Source: an uncultured Acidobacteriota bacterium (GTDB lineage Bacteria; Acidobacteriota; Thermoanaerobaculia; UBA5066; Gp7-AA6). Taken from it: 64,000 bases of DNA. Location: NCBI GenBank assembly GCA_963764715.1, contig CAVXTP010000021.1, positions 1 through 64,000 on the forward strand. Direction: 5' to 3'. The notes beneath the pieces were generated by a model, which saw nothing but the letters and a program-made list of their open reading frames with translations, had not been told where the DNA came from and did not search any database. The position numbers and the translations under genes are program-made. Positions 56,122-64,000 of this stretch are shown in pieces. Numbering within the stretch: position 1 is the first letter of the stretch; the number at the start of each line of letters is the position of its first letter.

Positions 56122-59046
56122 TCAGAAAAACGTCCTGACCAAAAAGGTCGCCATCTGCTGGCGCAGGACGGTGTTGCCCGGGCAGTAGAGCAGCGGCGAT
56201 GCGGAGCAGCCTCCGGTGATGCCGCGAGTGTAGAGGTCCTCGATCCAGTCGGCGGCGAACGATCCCACCGGCACGTCCCCGAAGATCCCCGTGGCCGGCG
56301 GGGGCGTGTAGCCCGAGCCTTCGCTCGTCTTCAAGAGGAAGACGGCCATCTGCGCGCGTGTGACGGACTGGGAGGGGCAGTAGATCCCGGTCCCGCAGCC
56401 GGAGGTGACGCCCTCGGCGGAAAGCTGCTCGATCCAGTCGGCGAAGGGCGACGGGCAGGGGACGTCGGTGAAGATCCCCGCGCAGGCCGGAGGCGTGTAG
56501 GCGGAGCCGTGCTCGGCCTTGAGCAGGAAGGCGGCCATCTGGTCCCGGCGGACGGGCAAGGTGGGGCAGTAGTCGGATCCGCTGCAGCCGCCGGTGATGC
56601 CGTCGGTGGCGATGGCGATGATGTCGTCGTGGAAGGGCGAGGACACGGGGACGTCGGCGAACTCGACTGCGAGGGTGGCGGCGTTGGAGGTGACGGGGCC
56701 GCAGGAGTCGGTGACGACGACGTCGTAGGAGTCGGCATCGGCGAAGGTGGCCGGGTCGATCGTGAGGATCGGTGTCGTCGCGCCGGAGATCGGGCCGCCG
56801 TCGGAGAGCGGGACCCCGTTGCGGCGCCACTGGTACGTCAGAGGCCCGAACCCGCCGGTCAGCGCCTGCAGCTCGCCCGCGCTCCCCACCACCACCGACA
56901 CGTCGCGTACTCGCGCACCCAGCGCGCCGTTGAGCAGCGTGCCAAGCCCACCGCCGATGCGGACGTCGACGAGCGCGACGTCGGTGAATCCGTTCCCGTC
57001 GAAATCGCCCGAAGCCATCCCGCGGGTTCCCGAGACCAGGTAGGAGACGGGCGAGCGGAATGCGCCGCCTCCGACTCCATAGAGCACCACCTCGGGGCCG
57101 CCGCCTGCGGCGATGTCCTCGAAGCCGTCCTGATCGAAGTCGGCGACGGCGATGGCGTAAGGAGGTGCGCCGAGGCCGAGAATCTGCGCGGAGGCGAACG
57201 TACCGCCACCGACGGACGGGAGCAGGGCCAGGGTGGCGTCGTCCGTCCGGCCGACGAGGATGTCCGGGTGGCCGGTCTGATGAAAGTCTCCGAAGCCGAG
57301 GGACGTCGGGTACGGCCCGACTTCGTAGTCGGCCGGCGGGCCGAAAGTCCCGTCGGGGTTGGACAGAAAGACCGTCAGCGCTTCGGTCGGAGAGTTGAGC
57401 AGAACGGCCACGTCGGACCGGCCGTTGTTTCGAAGATCGGAAGTCCCGATGGCGAGTGCGAGGGTCGGCAGATCGAGGGTCGAAGAAAGCGCGAGCCCGT
57501 CCGGGGTGCCGAGGAGAATCGCCATCCGACCCTCGTCGCCATCTCGATAAGCGGCGGCGACGTCGCTGCGTCCATCGCCGTTGAAGTCCCCGGCGGCGAG
57601 GCCCGCAAAGTAGTGTCCCGTGGGAGAAAGCGGAATCTCCACGGGCGACTGGAACGTCGCGTCGCCGTTGCCCCGCGCCACGAAGAGCGAAGGCGTCTCG
57701 TCCACGAGGAACGCGAGGTCGAGATGACCGTCGCCGTCGAAGTCCCGCGAGACGATTCCGGACACGTGGGAGTAGGCCTCGGTCTGGGCCTCGGAGAACC
57801 GGCCTTCGCCGATGCTGCGCTCGACGACGAGCCCGGGCTCCTCGGAGATCGCGAGGTCGGTCCGGCCGTCCTCGTCGAAGTCTCCGGCCGCCGAGGCGTC
57901 GAAGGGATACAGACGCTCGGTGGGAGTGTAGGGGATCGCGTCGAAGCTGCCGTCGCCGCGTCCCCGCAGGACCGCAGCGCCGTAAGCGTCGTAATAGTGA
58001 GCGTAGCCCGTCAGCAGGTCGAGGATTCCGTCGAGGTCGAGGTCGGCGGATGCGAGAAGGTAGGACGACGGCGCGAGCACGTACCTCCGGTCCACGGCAA
58101 AGCGGGCGTCGCCCGGATTACGCAGCAGGATCGCGATGTTGTCGTTGAGACCCGCGATGTCGACGGTCCCATCGCCGTCGAAGTCGCCCGTCACCAACGA
58201 ATGCGCCCCTTCGGCGGGATACTCGACCGCGGCCTGAAACGTCGCGTCGCCGTTGTTGATCAGCACGCCGAGGAACGGGTAAACGGACAGGGCGATGTCG
58301 GGGTGTCCGTCCCCGGTGAAGTCGGCGACGACCGGGCTCGAAAGCGAGGTCCCGACGGGAATCTCCGTGGCGGGCCCGAACGTGCCGTCCCCCAGCCCGG
58401 GCAGCCACGCCAGAACGTTGTCTCCCGTCAGAACAGCGTCCAGGTCGCCGTCCTCGTTCAGATCGGCGAAGGCCATGCCGAAGAAGGGAACCTTGACCGT
58501 CGTCGATCGGACCGGCTGGAACGTCCCGTCCCCGTTGCCGAGGTAGACGAAGAGGATCGATCCCGCGCCGTACCGGATTCCCACCAGGTCCAGATGTGAA
58601 TCACCGTCGAGATCGACGGCCGTCAGCGTATTGAGAGCCGGGCCTACGATCGGCACGCCGGCCTGGAAGGTCCCGTCGCCGTTGCCCGCTTGATAGAAGA
58701 GCCCGCTCGACTGAGTCGCCACGACAACCGCCGGATAGGGGCTCGAGGAAAAGCGCCCGACGGCGGCGGCCACGGGATAGTCCTCGGCGGCGCTGAAGAT
58801 CTGCGGGCCGAAGACTCCCGCCGGCCCGGCGAGGCGCGCGGAGATCCCGGTCGACAGAGTGAAGAAGGTGGAAACGAGGTCGGGCAGGCCGTCGTCATTC
58901 ACGTCCTCCGCGGCGACCATCTGGGGAGCCTGGAGGGTCGGATAGTTCGTCGCCGCCACGAAGCCGGGGCGACAGGCGGCCAGTTCATCGGCCGGCAGGT
59001 CATGGGGCGGGATCGCGAAAAAAAGAGTCGCGAGCGTACGGAGCAC
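56122..59046 (-). CDS. FG-GAP/VCBS repeat protein with Ig and SLH domains (start approximate)
   Basis: Same architecture. The track ORF's extension to 60819 is antisense to real plus-strand genes. Confidence 0.9.
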   Translation of the reverse strand: MLRTLATLFFAIPPHDLPADELAACRPGFVAATNYPTLQAPQMVAAEDVNDDGLPDLVSTFFTLSTGISARLAGPAGVFGPQIFSAAEDYPVAAAVGRFSSSPYPAVVVATQSSGLFYQAGNGDGTFQAGVPIVGPALNTLTAVDLDGDSHLDLVGIRYGAGSILFVYLGNGDGTFQPVRSTTVKVPFFGMAFADLNEDGDLDAVLTGDNVLAWLPGLGDGTFGPATEIPVGTSLSSPVVADFTGDGHPDIALSVYPFLGVLINNGDATFQAAVEYPAEGAHSLVTGDFDGDGTVDIAGLNDNIAILLRNPGDARFAVDRRYVLAPSSYLLASADLDLDGILDLLTGYAHYYDAYGAAVLRGRGDGSFDAIPYTPTERLYPFDASAAGDFDEDGRTDLAISEEPGLVVERSIGEGRFSEAQTEAYSHVSGIVSRDFDGDGHLDLAFLVDETPSLFVARGNGDATFQSPVEIPLSPTGHYFAGLAAGDFNGDGRSDVAAAYRDGDEGRMAILLGTPDGLALSSTLDLPTLALAIGTSDLRNNGRSDVAVLLNSPTEALTVFLSNPDGTFGPPADYEVGPYPTSLGFGDFHQTGHPDILVGRTDDATLALLPSVGGGTFASAQILGLGAPPYAIAVADFDQDGFEDIAAGGGPEVVLYGVGGGAFRSPVSYLVSGTRGMASGDFDGNGFTDVALVDVRIGGGLGTLLNGALGARVRDVSVVVGSAGELQALTGGFGPLTYQWRRNGVPLSDGGPISGATTPILTIDPATFADADSYDVVVTDSCGPVTSNAATLAVEFADVPVSSPFHDDIIAIATDGITGGCSGSDYCPTLPVRRDQMAAFLLKAEHGSAYTPPACAGIFTDVPCPSPFADWIEQLSAEGVTSGCGTGIYCPSQSVTRAQMAVFLLKTSEGSGYTPPPATGIFGDVPVGSFAADWIEDLYTRGITGGCSASPLLYCPGNTVLRQQMATFLVRTFF

Positions 59047-59211
59047 GACCCGCCCGCCCCCGCGCGTGCACAACTGCTGAGAAAGCAATCGCCCCCTGCA
59101 CTGGAACGTATTGACGGTTGGCTCCGCTGCAGGCAAGCGTATCACCGCGGCAGGTTCCGCCGAGGATCGGCGGCGGTTGCGTGCGCGACTCGGCTGGACG
59201 AGACTGGGCCG

Positions 59212-59865
59212 GTGTTTCTCGGCCACTTCGGCCTCTCGTTCGCCGGCAAGCGGCTCGCCCCGGCCGTTTCGCTCGGCACCCTCTTTCTCGCGACCCAGTG
59301 GGCCGATCTGCTCTTCTGGATCCTTTCGCTCGTCGGGATCGAGCACTTCCGCATCGCGCCGGGGGCGACGCGCGTGACGCCGATGGACTTCTACGACTAT
59401 CCCTGGAGCCACAGCCTCGCCGGTCTCGCGGGTTGGGGCGTGCTCCTGGGAGGCCTCTACTTCCTGTTTCGCAAGAGCCGAGCCGGCCTGTGGGTGCTCG
59501 CCGCGGGCGTCGCGAGCCACTGGGCGCTCGACGCGCTCGTTCATCGGCCGGACGTGCCGATCGGCTTCTCCGGTCCCTACGTCGGCCTGTCGATCTGGAA
59601 CTCCGTTGCGCTGACGGTCCTCGCCGAGGCGATCCTCTTCGGCGGAGGCGTCATTCTGTATCTGCGCACGACCTCGGCGAAGGATCGGACGGGCGTCTGG
59701 GCCTTCCGGGCGCTCGTGGCGTTTCTCGTCGTCACGTGGGTCGCGTCGATCGCGGGGCCGCCGCCGCCGTCCGAGCGGGCCGTCGAATACACCGGCCTCG
59801 CGATGTGGCTCTTCGTCCCGTGGGGCTGGTGGATCGACCGGCACCGCATTATCGTTCGCGCATGA
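59212..59865 (+). CDS. Membrane protein, putative metal-dependent hydrolase
   Basis: MFLGHF, DLL, YPWSHSL, SHWALDALVHRPD. Confidence 0.85.
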   Translation: MFLGHFGLSFAGKRLAPAVSLGTLFLATQWADLLFWILSLVGIEHFRIAPGATRVTPMDFYDYPWSHSLAGLAGWGVLLGGLYFLFRKSRAGLWVLAAGVASHWALDALVHRPDVPIGFSGPYVGLSIWNSVALTVLAEAILFGGGVILYLRTTSAKDRTGVWAFRALVAFLVVTWVASIAGPPPPSERAVEYTGLAMWLFVPWGWWIDRHRIIVRA

Positions 59866-59868
59866 GAA

Positions 59869-60363
59869 ATGGTTCTCTTCGTCCTCGCGGCGCTGGCCCT
59901 GCCGGCTCTCGGTCGCGCGCAGGCCCCGGCGCCCGCGCCGTCGCGCGCCGTGCTCTCCGACCTCTCGTGGATGGCGGGTCGCTGGATCGACGATTCGGGT
60001 GGCAACCTGTCCGAGGAGATCTGGACCGCCCCCGAGGGCGACTCGATGATGGGGATGTGGCGGTACGTCGTCGGCGGCAGGACCCGGATCTACGAGCTCC
60101 TGGCGATCACGCTCGAGCCGACCGGCATCGTGATGCGCCTGCGGCACTTCGATCCGAAGCTCGTCGGGCGCGAGGACAAGGACCGGTCCGTCGAGCTGCG
60201 CCTCGTCGCCTGGAAGCCCGGAGAGGTGTCCTTCGAGGGCCCGGCCCTGGGGTCGCCGGGGCTCGTCCGGCTGACGTACCGGCAGCCGACCGACGACACG
60301 CTTTCGACGACGCTCGAAAAAGAGGGCAGGTCCCAGGACTTCCACTTCCGCAGGGCGAAGTAG
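59869..60363 (+). CDS. Exported protein, DUF6265-like
   Basis: LSWMAGRW, EEIW...GDSMMG, RLRHF. Confidence 0.75.
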   Translation: MVLFVLAALALPALGRAQAPAPAPSRAVLSDLSWMAGRWIDDSGGNLSEEIWTAPEGDSMMGMWRYVVGGRTRIYELLAITLEPTGIVMRLRHFDPKLVGREDKDRSVELRLVAWKPGEVSFEGPALGSPGLVRLTYRQPTDDTLSTTLEKEGRSQDFHFRRAK

Positions 60364-60762
60364 GTGAGGCTCTCGGTCGAGGTGCCCTACGGCGACATCG
60401 ACGCCATGGGCCACCTCAACAACGTCGCGTACCTGCGGTATCTCGAGTGGGCCCGCCAGAAGTACTGGCTCGCGATGCGCGGCTCGATGGAGTTCCTCGA
60501 CATCGACTTCGTGGTCGCCCGGTGCGAGATCGACTACCGCTCCTCGTCCTACATGGGCGAGGTGCTCGAGATCGAGATCCACGTCTCGCGCATGGGCACC
60601 TCGTCCTTCGACTTCGCGTACCGCGTCACCGGGGCCGACGGGCGGCTCGTCGCCGAGGCGACGACGACCCAGGTCTGCTTCGACTGGCGGTCGAAGCGCA
60701 AGACGCCGCTCTCGACCGAGCGCCGCCGCGAGATCGAGGCGTTCGAGGCCGGGCCGCAGTAA
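60364..60762 (+). CDS. Acyl-CoA thioesterase (YbgC/4HBT family)
   Basis: DIDAMGHLNNVAYLRYLEWAR. Confidence 0.93.
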   Translation: MRLSVEVPYGDIDAMGHLNNVAYLRYLEWARQKYWLAMRGSMEFLDIDFVVARCEIDYRSSSYMGEVLEIEIHVSRMGTSSFDFAYRVTGADGRLVAEATTTQVCFDWRSKRKTPLSTERRREIEAFEAGPQ

Positions 60763-60787
60763 GATCCGGCGCAACCTCGGAGGTCGC

Positions 60788-62479
60788 ATGCGCCGTCTCC
60801 TCCTCTGCGCCCTGGCCATGTCCGTTTCCGCCGCCGGCGCGACGCCGGCCGACGCGCCCGACGCCCGGTCCCGGATCGACGAGCTCTTCCGCGAATACGA
60901 CCGGTCGGATTCGCCGGGCTGCGCCCTCGGGGTCTTCCGCGACGGGAAGATCGAGTACGCCCGCGGCTACGGGATGGCGAACCTCGAGCTCGGCGTCGCG
61001 AACACGCCGCAGACGGTCTTCGACATCGGCTCGACCTCCAAGCAGTTCACCGCCTTTTCGATCCAGCTCCTGGCGAGGGACGGAAAGCTCTCGCTCGACG
61101 ACGACGTGCGCAAGTGGGTGCCGGAGATCCCGTCCTACGGCAAGACCGTCACGATCCGCCACCTCCTGCACCACACCGGGGGCCTGCGGGACTACATCGA
61201 GCTGATGAGCCTCCAGGGCGTGATGACCGAGGACGTCACCGTCGACGCCGACGTCCTCGACATCATGGCGCGCCAGAAGGCCCCCAACTTCGCGCCCGGC
61301 GAGGAGCACCTCTACTGCAACACCGGGTACTTCCTCCTCTCGGTGATCGTCAAGCGCGCGAGCGGCCAGTCGCTGCGGGACTTTTCGGCCGAGCGGATCT
61401 TCGGCCCGCTCGGAATGCGCCACACGCAGTTCAACGATTCGCACACCCGGATCATCCCCAACCGCGCGACGGGGTACAGCAAGGGCAAGGACGGAAAATT
61501 CGGGATCGACATGTCCGACTGGGAGCAGACCGGCGACGGCGCGGTCGCGACGACGGTCGAGGACCTGCTGCGCTGGGACCAGAACTTCTACGACCCGAAG
61601 GTCGGCGACGCGAAGGTCCTCGAGGCCATGCACGAGGTCGGCGTCCTCAACAGCGGAAAGAAGCTCGAGTACGCCTCGGCGATCTACGTCAGCACCTACC
61701 GGGGATTGCCGGCCGTCAGCCACGGCGGCTCCTGGGCGGGCTACCGCGCGCAGCTCATGCGGTTTCCGAAGCAGAAGCTGTCGGTCGCGTGCCTCTGCAA
61801 CAACGGAGGGGCGGCCAACCCGAGCCGGCTCGCGCAGAAAGTGGCCGAGGTGTACCTCGGAGACCTCATGACGCCGGCGGTCGAGCCGGGGTCGAAGTCG
61901 GAGGAGCCGGCGGCCGCGGCGCCGGCCGGGTCGCAAGCCCTGGTCGGCGCGTACCGCAACCCCGCCAGCGGCGAGCTCGTCACAATCTCGCTCGAGAGCG
62001 GCGTCCTCGTGGCTCAGCTCGGCGCCAAGCCCTACAACCTCTCGCCCTCCGGGCCGAACGCCTTTCGGCTCGTGAAGGGTCCGCGTGGAGCCCGGAGCGA
62101 GTTCGTGTTCACTCCCGGCGAGCGGGGGGCGCGGCCGCGGATGAGGGTCACGACGACCGAGGAAGACGGGGACGTCGAGACCGAGGTCTACGAACCGGCG
62201 GAGCGATGGTCGCCCGGCCCGGCGGACCTCGCAGGGCTCGCCGGGACGTACGCCGCCCAGGAGCTCGACACCTCGTGGCGGCTCGTCGTGGAGGGGGGCC
62301 GGCTTTTCATCCGACACCGGGGCCTGCCGGAGACGCCGCTGACGCCGACGGTCCGGGATGCTTTCACGATCGAGGGGATGAACCTGGTCTTCCGCCGGGG
62401 CGCGGGCAGGAAGGCGGTCGGATTCACGCTCGACGCCGGCCGGGTGCGGGGCGTGGTTTTCACCCGGGTCGCGGGCTAG
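60788..62479 (+). CDS. Serine hydrolase, beta-lactamase class C-like
   Basis: SxxK (STSK), LLHHTGG, YCN, HGG. Confidence 0.93.
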   Translation: MRRLLLCALAMSVSAAGATPADAPDARSRIDELFREYDRSDSPGCALGVFRDGKIEYARGYGMANLELGVANTPQTVFDIGSTSKQFTAFSIQLLARDGKLSLDDDVRKWVPEIPSYGKTVTIRHLLHHTGGLRDYIELMSLQGVMTEDVTVDADVLDIMARQKAPNFAPGEEHLYCNTGYFLLSVIVKRASGQSLRDFSAERIFGPLGMRHTQFNDSHTRIIPNRATGYSKGKDGKFGIDMSDWEQTGDGAVATTVEDLLRWDQNFYDPKVGDAKVLEAMHEVGVLNSGKKLEYASAIYVSTYRGLPAVSHGGSWAGYRAQLMRFPKQKLSVACLCNNGGAANPSRLAQKVAEVYLGDLMTPAVEPGSKSEEPAAAAPAGSQALVGAYRNPASGELVTISLESGVLVAQLGAKPYNLSPSGPNAFRLVKGPRGARSEFVFTPGERGARPRMRVTTTEEDGDVETEVYEPAERWSPGPADLAGLAGTYAAQELDTSWRLVVEGGRLFIRHRGLPETPLTPTVRDAFTIEGMNLVFRRGAGRKAVGFTLDAGRVRGVVFTRVAG

Positions 62480-62539
62480 CCGCCGCGGGCGGCGCGCGAT
62501 TTGCAAAGGTCCCCCGACGGGGGGACAATCGCCTTGGTC

Positions 62540-62857
62540 GTGGCCGAGCGACGCAGCTTCGCGCGAAAGAAGCGGCGGTTCCTCGTCGAGTACGTTCTTC
62601 AGGGAGCCCCGTGCAACGGCTTTACCTACGACGTGTCGCCGACGGGCATTTTCGTGCGCTCCGTCCGGCTGCCCAGTCCCGGAACGTTCCTGACAGCGAA
62701 CCTGCACCTGCCCGAGGGAAAGCGCATCCCCGTGCGGGGGAGGGTCGTCCGGTCGTTTCGCGTTCCGCCGGCGCTGTCCCGCCTGATCCCGAGCGGGTTC
62801 TCGATGCGGCTGTCCGATACGCCCGAAGATTATTTTCAGCTGCTCGCGACGCTCTAG
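62540..62857 (+). CDS. PilZ domain protein
   Basis: ERRSFAR (RxxxR) and DVSPTG (DxSxxG). Confidence 0.85.
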   Translation: MAERRSFARKKRRFLVEYVLQGAPCNGFTYDVSPTGIFVRSVRLPSPGTFLTANLHLPEGKRIPVRGRVVRSFRVPPALSRLIPSGFSMRLSDTPEDYFQLLATL

Positions 62858-62878
62858 GCGGCGCGGCCGCCGCGGAGA

Positions 62879-63424
62879 TCAGAGCCCGTAGGCTTCGCGC
62901 ACGGCCGCGTCGATCGTGGGCGCCGAAGGCTCGCGCGAAACCAGCGTGATCGCGTCGCCGGCGCCCACCTCGCCCTCCTCGAGGACCCTCAGGTAGAAGC
63001 CGGTGCGGCGGCTCGTGAGAAAGGCCTTCGGGAAATCCGGCCGCTCCATCTTCATCGCGAGCTTGAAGCAGGGGCTCCGCGGCGAGGCGACCCGGAGCAG
63101 CGCGGTGCCGGCGCGGTAGACGTCGTTGAGGCGGACCTCGGTCTCCGGCATGCCGTCGACCGTCAGGTTCTCTCCGAACTGTCCGTGGGGCAGGTCCTTT
63201 CCGAGCGCGCTCCTCCAGTGGGCATAGCCCGAGAGGTCGTATGCGTACACGGCCTTCTCCGGCCCGCCGTGGACGCGCGGGTCGGCCTGGACGTCGCCCT
63301 CGAGGCCGAGGCGGCCGACGCGGACGCGAAAGAGGACGGGGTCCTTGAAGATCCCGGTCCGCACGCTGCGGCCGCGATGCTCCACGGTCCGCGCCTTTCC
63401 GACCTGGACGGAAACGATGTTCAT
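62879..63424 (-). CDS. MOSC domain protein (YiiM-like)
   Basis: HGGPEKAV, FGENL, PRSPCFKL, GFYLRVLEEG. Confidence 0.93.
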   Translation of the reverse strand: MNIVSVQVGKARTVEHRGRSVRTGIFKDPVLFRVRVGRLGLEGDVQADPRVHGGPEKAVYAYDLSGYAHWRSALGKDLPHGQFGENLTVDGMPETEVRLNDVYRAGTALLRVASPRSPCFKLAMKMERPDFPKAFLTSRRTGFYLRVLEEGEVGAGDAITLVSREPSAPTIDAAVREAYGL

Positions 63425-63564
63425 GGGCCTCTCAACACTAACCGTCATAGTTAGGTTGCAGAGGTTACACGATCGAAAGAGTCAATGGTCAGGGTCAGGG
63501 CCCCCACAAGTCAGGAAATGCAGGGCTGACCCCAATTAGTAAATTAGTGGTAAGTTATTTATAT

Positions 63565-64000
63565 ATGGGGCGGACGGCGCGCGTGACGCGGGAGCAGGTG
63601 CTGGCGGCGGCGCGGGAGACGTTCGTCGAGCGGGGCTACGAGGGAGCGACGCTCGCCGACATCGGCGCGAGGCTCTCGGTCTCGCCCGCGGCCCTGCTGC
63701 GCCACGCGGCGAACAAACGCGAGCTCTTCCTCGCGAGCATGACCCCCGCCGAGCCGGACATGACGCCGCTCGTCTTCCTCGAGGAGCTCGACGGCTCGGA
63801 GGATCCGCGGAAGGTCCTGCGGCGCGTCGCGGAGACGATGGTCCCGTTCCTCGAGGCGCGGATCCGGCAGATCGTCGCCCGCTGGGTGTACTTCAAGACG
63901 ATCCCCGGCATCGGGCGCGTGCCGCTCCCGTTCGATCCGTCGGCGCGCCCCACGCCGCCCCAAAAGAACCTGCGCTTCCTGGAGGACTACATGCGCCGCG
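63565..64000 (+). CDS. TetR/AcrR family regulator (3' end runs off the window)
   Basis: Manual translation gives MGRTARVTREQVLAAARETFVERGYEGATLADIGARLSVSPAALLRH..NKRELF. Confidence 0.9.
   Translation, partial: MGRTARVTREQVLAAARETFVERGYEGATLADIGARLSVSPAALLRHAANKRELFLASMTPAEPDMTPLVFLEELDGSEDPRKVLRRVAETMVPFLEARIRQIVARWVYFKTIPGIGRVPLPFDPSARPTPPQKNLRFLEDYMRR

Noticed and set aside
50185-56900. DGR template/variable repeat pair among the near-identical C-termini
   Set aside because: All copies are coding, the differences are not adenine-specific, and no reverse transcriptase is present.
59047-60819. 590-aa N-terminal extension of the third FG-GAP ORF
   Set aside because: It lies antisense to three convincing plus-strand genes, and the paralogues start near the equivalent of 59046.

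Overview
High-GC bacterial chromosomal window. The gene repertoire suggests Acidobacteriota, probably Thermoanaerobaculia-like: many eukaryotic-type Ser/Thr kinases, an ADOP permease, and Cys-containing SLH/FG-GAP surface proteins. This assignment is an inference. The left end is housekeeping: rpsU-mutS2-dnaG, a lytic transglycosylase, and a sulfate ABC operon whose ATPase is fused to USP domains. The main finding is the locus downstream of tRNA-Asn(GTT) at 15937-16011. The tRNA 3' end (GGAGCCA) recurs three times, at 18805, 22087 and 26021. The first two copies are preceded by a conserved arm whose antisense strand reads as a 26-aa peptide (MAPHxVPSWNLFGGWLRExxxLRxxx*), and the third by a decayed remnant of it. 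These sites divide 16012-26027 into three one-gene cassettes with no recombinase: a kinase-TPR, a kinase-beta-propeller nested inside the relic ends of a sister kinase, and DUF748. This looks like a tRNA-anchored, integron-like cassette stack mobilised in trans. Other items are three tandem FG-GAP/Ig/SLH genes with homogenised C-termini, a hierarchical Thr-Pro repeat S-layer protein, a REP/MITE-like element, several unannotated small Cys-rich ORFs, and frameshift patches that are probably sequencing errors.
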